64,000 nt of DNA, from contig JANQNK010000003.1 in the NCBI GenBank assembly GCA_028279595.1, positions 224,001-288,000 of the forward strand. The letters are read 5' to 3'. The position numbers and the translations under genes were made by a program. The stretch's first letter is position 1. The number at the start of each line of letters is the position of its first letter. The DNA comes from Thermoplasmatota archaeon (GTDB lineage Archaea; Thermoplasmatota; JAKEGO01). The notes beneath the pieces were generated by a model, which worked only from the letters and a program-made list of their open reading frames with translations, searched no databases and was not told the origin of the DNA. Shown in pieces: positions 57,755 to 64,000 of the stretch.

Positions 57755-60700
57755 GTGATGACATTAGCACGTACTCTCTCGATTTTGCTTGTCCTCACAT
57801 TATGCCTCATAGCGATCGGCTCGTCAACGGCGTCCCACTGGAACGGCACCCGGGGAGGCCCCGACCGCAATTCAGCGTACGATTCGGACCTATCCACCCC
57901 GCTTGGGATCGAATGGTCCTTCGAGGGGAACGGGGAGCTCAGGACCCCGCTGGTCAGCGGCGATTCCGCACTGTTCTCGTCCCTCGTAAGGAAGGTCTAC
58001 GCTGTCGACATCACCAACGGCAGCCAGATATGGGAGTCCGGTGTCGATTCCTACTCCGTGAAACAGCAGGAGATAATCGGCGACAGGCTCTACGTCAAGG
58101 CCGGTAACAGGATACTCAACATCAGCATCGAGAACGGGAGCCGTACGATGTTCACCGTACCAGGTGGACCGAGCTCGGCTCCGATCGCGTTCGGCCCGTA
58201 CCTGATGCTGGTCAATTCCACACATCTCCTCGCATACAGGAACGACACTCTCGACTGGGGTGTGGGATTCACGGGGTCCCCGTCGCTCCCCGCGACAGAC
58301 GGCGATCACATCTTCCTGCGTGCGGGCACGGACCTGTATCGCGTCGACATCGGCGGAGCACAGACATCGGTCACCCTGGCGGGAAGTGGTGGTTCCCCCA
58401 CGGTCGCGAACAACAGGGTGTACATAGGCACCGACACGATGATCTACGAGTTCAGGACGAACCTGGTGGAGAACAGGTCGATCAACGCGTCCTACAACAA
58501 GAAGGCCCTCGCCGTCACCGATTCCCTGGTCGCGGTCTCGGGTTCGAACATCATCTCCTACTCGATGGCCAACTTCAGCCAGGAATGGTCCGTGACCCTC
58601 GATTACGAGATCACGACGCCACCGATAGTGTTCATCGACCACATTGCGGTGGGCACCGAGTGCGGCGTCTCCGTCGTGACGGTGGACGGCACCCACGTCC
58701 AGGACCTGGACATCGATGACGAGGTTCTCGGATGCATAGCTCCGCTGGACGACGGTATCCTCGCCGCGACCGACGGCGGATACCTCTTCAAGTTCTCCCG
58801 CGACCAGGACGGCGATACCGTCGCGGACGTGGTGGACGACTTTCCCACCGAACCCACCCAGTGGATCGATTCCGACGGGGACGGATACGGCGACAACCAG
58901 ACCGGCGTCATGCCCGATCTGTTCCTTGAGGAGCCGACGCAGTGGAACGACACCGATGGTGACGGCTACGGGGACAATCCGGAAGGCGTCGATCCCGACG
59001 ACCTCCCGCTCGAGCCGACCCAGTGGAACGACACGGACGGCGACGGGCACGGCGACAACCAGACCGGATTCGAGCCGGACAGGTTCATAGACGAGCCGAC
59101 CCAGTGGTCGGACATCGACAATGACGGTTACGGCGACAACGCCAGCGGGGTCGATCCAGACGTCTTCCCGACGGTGGGGACCCAGTGGAACGACACCGAT
59201 GGGGACGGTTACGGCGACAACAGGATCGGCGTGGATCCCGACCTTTTCCCTCTGGAACCATCCCAGTGGGCCGATGTCGACGGCGACGGATACGGCGACA
59301 ACGCTTCCGGGGTGAACCCCGACATGCTTCCATCGAGCCCGACCCAGTGGAACGACTCCGACGGCGACGGCTACGGCGACAACATGAACGGACTGGACCC
59401 CGACCTGTTCCAGGACGATCCGACCCAGTGGTTCGACGACGACGGGGACGGTTACGGCGACAACACCACCGGGAACGAACCGGACAAATTCCCTGGCGTT
59501 CCCTCGCAGTGGAACGACACCGACGGGGACGGATTCGGCGACAATCAGGACGGGGTGTCCGCCGACAGGTTCATCCAGGACCCGACACAGTGGTTCGACC
59601 GCGATACCGACGGATACGGTGACAATCCCAACGGCACGGATTTCGATGCATTCCCTGACGACCCTACCCAGTGGAACGACACCGATGAGGACGGATACGG
59701 CGACGAGCCGGACGGCCTGCATCCCGATGCCTTCCCCTATGACCCGAACGAGTGGAACGACACGGACGGCGACGGTGTAGGCGACAACACGGACCTCTAT
59801 CCGTTCGATGCGGACAACGACGGGACCGTGGACGAAATGGACGCCTTCCCGCTCGATGCCGCAGCGGCAAAGGACACGGACGGAGACGGTCACCCGGACG
59901 AGTGGAACCCCGGACACAATACGTCCACCTCGACCACTGGACTGACCCTGGACGCCTTCCCGAGGAAGGCCAGCCAGTGGTACGACAGGGACGGCGACGG
60001 ATATGGAGACAACCCAACGGGAGCCCAGCCCGATGCATTCCCCGACGACCCCGTTGACTGGGTCGACTCCGACGGGGACCTCGTCGGCGACAACACCGAC
60101 CCATTCCCGGACGACGCCACCGAGTGGGAGGACACCGACGGCGACGGGATCGGGAACAACGCCGACCTGTATCCGAAGGACAGGGACAACGACGGCCACC
60201 CGGACCGGAAGGACGACTTCCCGGACGACCCTGACGAATGGGCCGATTCCGACGGGGACGGCATCGGGGACAAGTCCGACATCATACCCATGCACAATAC
60301 CCATTTCGCCTACCTCATCACTGCCATAGTCCTCGCGATAATACCGATCATCGGAGCAGTGGCGTACAGGAGGAGGCAGGAGGAGAGGCGGAAGAGGATC
60401 AAGGCCGGCATCAAGGCCGTCTCGGCGGGCCGGACCAGCATCGCCAGCAAGGGCGAGCGCAGGCGCGTCGGCGGGTACGTAAGCGAGGCAAAGAAGGCCG
60501 TTGCGACCGGTGAGCTCGAGAGGGCGGACAAGATGCTCAGGAAGGGCGAGGCGGAGTCGCATCGCGCCCGGTACATCGAGGAGATGTACAAAAGGTACCG
60601 CGGACACCTGGACCACCTGCACAGGACCATGGTGGCAAAGGGAATGGCGACGACCGAGGTCTCCAAGCTGGTCAAGGAGTCGCGGACAGGACCACTTCCG

Positions 60701-61345
60701 AAGAGGGTCGATTCCCTGATGAAGGGAGTGTCCGAGGCCACGAAGGCGCTGCAGGCACACGAGACCGCCACCATGCTGACCAACGAGCTGAAGGGCGCAG
60801 CCAGGGAGCTCGAGGACCGCGGATACGCGGTCGGCGGGCTCAAGTCCGAGAGCGCAATGGTCGCGGCCCTGATCGAGGAGGGCAACTACCGCCGGACGTT
60901 CAAGCTCATCATGCCCATTATCGGGCACATCAGGTACCTGCAGGGGCTTCCGAGGGGTTCGGAGAGGCCCAAGGACGAGGTCGACAAGCTCATCAACACC
61001 AGGAACGTACTTACCGGAGGCGATCCTGAGGCGATCATCAGGCTGTTCAAGGAGTCGATGGGAAAGGTCAAGACCGACACCTGGGACGACCTCATAACTG
61101 TGAAGGGTCCAGAACCATGGGGCATCGACATCGCTAACGCCTCCAAGGCCGTCACACCGACCGCCATGGACGACGCCGCGGTCAACCTCGCGCTCCACAA
61201 CCTGAAGTACATCTACGTGTTCTCGGGGATCGGGTTCACCCCTGACGCGCTCGCGAGGTCCATGGAGATGCGGATCGTCAGGCCGATGAGCGTCAACGAG
61301 GCGATGTACCTGATATGGTCCACGGCACCTCCGGTCCAGGAGTGA
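57755..61345 (+). CDS. Single-pass membrane protein: PQQ/BamB-like beta-propeller, thrombospondin-type-3-like Ca-binding repeats, TM, helical cytoplasmic region and degenerate Mrr-like domain
   Basis: Signal peptide, W...RGGPDRN and VYAVDITNGSQIWE propeller motifs, DxDGDGYGDN repeats, TM FAYLITAIVLAIIPIIGAVAY followed by RRR, C-terminal YIYVFSGIGFTPDA. Confidence 0.82.
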   Translation: MMTLARTLSILLVLTLCLIAIGSSTASHWNGTRGGPDRNSAYDSDLSTPLGIEWSFEGNGELRTPLVSGDSALFSSLVRKVYAVDITNGSQIWESGVDSYSVKQQEIIGDRLYVKAGNRILNISIENGSRTMFTVPGGPSSAPIAFGPYLMLVNSTHLLAYRNDTLDWGVGFTGSPSLPATDGDHIFLRAGTDLYRVDIGGAQTSVTLAGSGGSPTVANNRVYIGTDTMIYEFRTNLVENRSINASYNKKALAVTDSLVAVSGSNIISYSMANFSQEWSVTLDYEITTPPIVFIDHIAVGTECGVSVVTVDGTHVQDLDIDDEVLGCIAPLDDGILAATDGGYLFKFSRDQDGDTVADVVDDFPTEPTQWIDSDGDGYGDNQTGVMPDLFLEEPTQWNDTDGDGYGDNPEGVDPDDLPLEPTQWNDTDGDGHGDNQTGFEPDRFIDEPTQWSDIDNDGYGDNASGVDPDVFPTVGTQWNDTDGDGYGDNRIGVDPDLFPLEPSQWADVDGDGYGDNASGVNPDMLPSSPTQWNDSDGDGYGDNMNGLDPDLFQDDPTQWFDDDGDGYGDNTTGNEPDKFPGVPSQWNDTDGDGFGDNQDGVSADRFIQDPTQWFDRDTDGYGDNPNGTDFDAFPDDPTQWNDTDEDGYGDEPDGLHPDAFPYDPNEWNDTDGDGVGDNTDLYPFDADNDGTVDEMDAFPLDAAAAKDTDGDGHPDEWNPGHNTSTSTTGLTLDAFPRKASQWYDRDGDGYGDNPTGAQPDAFPDDPVDWVDSDGDLVGDNTDPFPDDATEWEDTDGDGIGNNADLYPKDRDNDGHPDRKDDFPDDPDEWADSDGDGIGDKSDIIPMHNTHFAYLITAIVLAIIPIIGAVAYRRRQEERRKRIKAGIKAVSAGRTSIASKGERRRVGGYVSEAKKAVATGELERADKMLRKGEAESHRARYIEEMYKRYRGHLDHLHRTMVAKGMATTEVSKLVKESRTGPLPKRVDSLMKGVSEATKALQAHETATMLTNELKGAARELEDRGYAVGGLKSESAMVAALIEEGNYRRTFKLIMPIIGHIRYLQGLPRGSERPKDEVDKLINTRNVLTGGDPEAIIRLFKESMGKVKTDTWDDLITVKGPEPWGIDIANASKAVTPTAMDDAAVNLALHNLKYIYVFSGIGFTPDALARSMEMRIVRPMSVNEAMYLIWSTAPPVQE
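58859..59749 (+). repeat. 11 tandem 81-nt (27-aa) coding repeats QWxDxDGDGYGDNxxGxxPDxFxxxPT
   Basis: CAGTGG recurs at 58859, 58940 and so on with an 81-nt period up to the EW unit at 59750. Looser copies continue to about 60280. Confidence 0.9.
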
Positions 61346-61485
61346 GCGGCAAGACGGGCGGTCCGAATAATACCATCATATTCCACCCGATGCTTGGAAT
61401 AATTCATAACCCAGCTTGAATTTCTTATTATGGAATGTAACATGGTAGAGACAAATGTATTATATACAAATATAGTAAAGCGGCT

Positions 61486-64000
61486 ATGAAAGCTAGGGTT
61501 TGGCCAGTGCTATTATTTCTGATCGGATTGTTATTAATCCCGGCCCCCTCGGCCAGCGGGGACGCGGGGGATTTCACCCACTTCGTGCTAGGCGAGGAGA
61601 TGACCGCAACCTGGTGCGGTTTCTGTCCCACCGCGGCCGAACAGTTGTCCGACATCTACTACAACGACAGCTACGAGTTCTACTACGTAGCCCTTATCAC
61701 GGACGTCAATGACAAGGCCGACGACAGGACTGGCGACTATCCGACCTTCCAGGGCTATCCGACCGTCTACTTCGACGGCGGATTCCGCGAGCGGACGGGA
61801 GCCCAGGACGACAAGTCCGCTTATCAACAGGACATCGAGGACTCTGGCGAGAGGGTCGATACGCCGGTTGCGATCGAGCTCAATATGTCCTACCTCGGCG
61901 ACAGCGAAATATACGTCAAGGTACGCCTTCGATGGGACGAGGACGGAACGATCGTCAACACTGACCTCCAGGTGTTCCTCAGGGTATACATCACGGAGAT
62001 AACGTCGAGGTACTACAATGCCGACGACAAGCCCTACCACTTCGGCTTCCTCGATTACGCGTTCGAGGAGGGGGTCGACCTCGATCCACACGAGTGGTGG
62101 GAGAGCGAGACGACATGGGTCGGCGCCGACCACGAGGATGCCAACGGAGACGATTTCGGGGACATCGATTACAGCAACATTGCACTCGTGGCTGCGGTCT
62201 TCAATGACGAGAGCAGCGACACCGACGACTACAGCCTAAACTGCACCGCGGCCATCGCACCCCACCTGACCATAACGGACCCGTTCGATAACACGACCCA
62301 GAATGGAGACTTCGACCTCAAGGTCGAAGCCACGCCCCATTATACGGAGGCCGACCCTGCATCGATATCCAAGATCGAGTACTCGTTCGGCGAGGATGGA
62401 TGGACCGACCTCGACGAGGCCGTCGGGGACGAATGGAGCACATCGGTGGACACCACATCGCTCGAGAACGGATGGCACACCCTCCACGTACGTGCGACCG
62501 ATTCGAAGAACACGACGATGGAGACCAACGTCAGCTTCGAGCTCGATGGCGAGGACACCTTCGCTCCTGTCGTGGAGTTCGTGTCCCCCGACGATGGAGG
62601 GACGATGTCGGGTGATGTCGAGATAATCGCGGAGATCACAGATCATTCAAACTTCACGGCCGAGTTCAGGGTAGGCTCGGGCGGATGGACCGAGCTGGAC
62701 CATCTCTCGGATGACACCTACAAGGCAACATGGGATTCCACCGAGGTCACCGACGGGGATCAGACGATCACGATCCTCGCGATGGATGAGCACGACAACG
62801 ACGGGTTCCATCACCTCGACATCGTTGTCGACAACCTGAATGTCGAGATGACCTCCCCCAGATCGGGGACCGAGGTGGAGAACATAGTGGACATCGCCGC
62901 CACCGCCGTCAACACAGCCGAGATCGATTACGCTGAGCTTCTGATCGACGGTGAGGACATCGAGGAATTGGAGGTGGACGGTAGCGACATCGCAGGAGAA
63001 TGGAACTCGCGGTCCGTGGACAATGGCGAGCACTCCTTGACGGTCATCGTGTATGACACGATCGGGAACGAGGCTGCCGATACCGTGACGGTCGACGTGG
63101 ACAACGACGTCAACGACGAGGAACCCCCCGAACTGATCGTTGACTCCCCTTCGGAGGGCGAGGAGATAGGCTCGACCTACAGGCTCGAAGCCACGGCCAA
63201 CGACGAGAACGGCATCGACCGAGTGGAGTTCAGGTTCGTCGACGGGGATTGGACCGAGATGGACCATGGCGACGGGGACGATTATTCCCACGACCTCAAT
63301 ACCAGGGAGATGGAGAACGGGGACTATGTGCTCGAGTTCCGCGCCCAGGACAGCTCGGCGAACAAGGCCACGGTCTCTTTGAACGTCACCGTCCATAACG
63401 AGGTGGACGAGGAGGCCCCGGAAATCGAACCCCGCAATCCGATAGAGGGTGACCTGGTCTCCCTCGATGACACATTCCAGGTGGTGCTGCACGCCGTTGA
63501 CGACAGCGAAATGGCCATTGTAGAGTCCAGGCTGGACTCCGGGGACTGGCGGGAGATGGAGTACGACGAGGACCTGTCAGCGGAATATGATACGGATACC
63601 TATTCATTCACATATGATGGCACTCACAACGAGTTCAACGATCTGGAGGATGGTACCCACACCATCGCGTTCCGAGCCTCGGACGGTTCGGATAACACGG
63701 CAGAGGAGGAGGTCGAGTTCACGACCGATTCCACTCCGCCCGTGATAACCCTTGACCTCCCCTCGTTCATCAGCGGCGAGGTCGAGATGGGTTACGTGCT
63801 GGATGACATGTCCGACATATCAAGCCTTGAGGTGGGGATCGCCGGGGACGTACTCGATTCCATAGACCATCCCGATGGTGAAGGCACCCTGGTGCTGGAC
63901 CTCTCGGAGGTGGAGGATGGGCAGGTCGATCTCTGGGCGATCGCGGTCGACATGGCGGGAAACGAGGGTACCGGCGAACACGAGGCCACGGTCGATAATA
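61486..64000 (+). CDS. Secreted Omp28-like thioredoxin-fold (CxxC) protein with tandem Ig-like domains; 3' end runs off the window
   Basis: Not in the ORF track because there is no stop. ATG 61486 gives the MKARVWPVLLFLIGLLLIPAPSASG signal peptide, then FTHFVLGEEMTATWCGFCP...GYPTVYFDGG (CxxC and cis-Pro motif), then Ig repeats like those of the protease. TATA TTATATA about 20 nt upstream suggests a leaderless mRNA. Confidence 0.85.
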   Translation, partial: MKARVWPVLLFLIGLLLIPAPSASGDAGDFTHFVLGEEMTATWCGFCPTAAEQLSDIYYNDSYEFYYVALITDVNDKADDRTGDYPTFQGYPTVYFDGGFRERTGAQDDKSAYQQDIEDSGERVDTPVAIELNMSYLGDSEIYVKVRLRWDEDGTIVNTDLQVFLRVYITEITSRYYNADDKPYHFGFLDYAFEEGVDLDPHEWWESETTWVGADHEDANGDDFGDIDYSNIALVAAVFNDESSDTDDYSLNCTAAIAPHLTITDPFDNTTQNGDFDLKVEATPHYTEADPASISKIEYSFGEDGWTDLDEAVGDEWSTSVDTTSLENGWHTLHVRATDSKNTTMETNVSFELDGEDTFAPVVEFVSPDDGGTMSGDVEIIAEITDHSNFTAEFRVGSGGWTELDHLSDDTYKATWDSTEVTDGDQTITILAMDEHDNDGFHHLDIVVDNLNVEMTSPRSGTEVENIVDIAATAVNTAEIDYAELLIDGEDIEELEVDGSDIAGEWNSRSVDNGEHSLTVIVYDTIGNEAADTVTVDVDNDVNDEEPPELIVDSPSEGEEIGSTYRLEATANDENGIDRVEFRFVDGDWTEMDHGDGDDYSHDLNTREMENGDYVLEFRAQDSSANKATVSLNVTVHNEVDEEAPEIEPRNPIEGDLVSLDDTFQVVLHAVDDSEMAIVESRLDSGDWREMEYDEDLSAEYDTDTYSFTYDGTHNEFNDLEDGTHTIAFRASDGSDNTAEEEVEFTTDSTPPVITLDLPSFISGEVEMGYVLDDMSDISSLEVGIAGDVLDSIDHPDGEGTLVLDLSEVEDGQVDLWAIAVDMAGNEGTGEHEATVDN

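Noticed and set aside
58859-59749. Regular 81-nt repeats as a possible CRISPR array
   Set aside because: The repeats are in frame, vary at synonymous positions and encode Ca-binding motifs. There are no identical repeats with unique spacers and no cas genes.
57890-61198. 1102-aa minus-strand ORF
   Set aside because: Antisense shadow of the 57755-61345 gene. Its V/A/G/P-rich repeats mirror the Asp/Gly codons, and it has no domain signal.

Overview
GC-rich archaeal DNA, most likely Thermoplasmatota. This is inferred from GGTGA-type Shine-Dalgarno sites, TATA promoters, a DUF835/iKaiC domain, an HTH_10 regulator, PEF(G)-CTERM tails and 27-aa DGDGYGDN Ca-binding repeats. The window has two blocks. 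(1) About 1-21 kb, all on the minus strand: a cytoplasmic signalling cluster with three histidine kinases, three stand-alone receivers, a PAS-iKaiC-wHTH one-component regulator, an RHH protein, a 1869-aa PAS/GAF protein with no recognisable output domain, a pseudo-receiver/PAS protein cut by the window edge, and an unannotated 37-aa zinc-ribbon microprotein. An ABC exporter and a membrane protein follow. (2) About 24.5-64 kb: a cell-surface block. It contains three paralogous giant beta-solenoid glycoproteins built from different numbers of a ~360-aa module, plus a beta-propeller protein, all four sharing one C-terminal stalk and PEFG sorting tail. Next come three small genes (HTH_10, DUF488, DUF59), a ~2850-aa membrane-anchored subtilase, a receptor-like membrane protein (propeller, TSP3-like repeats, TM, degenerate Mrr-like domain) and a partial secreted CxxC/Ig protein. 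I found no rRNA, tRNA, CRISPR array, transposase or reverse transcriptase. Domain calls are by eye from motifs; no database searches were run.
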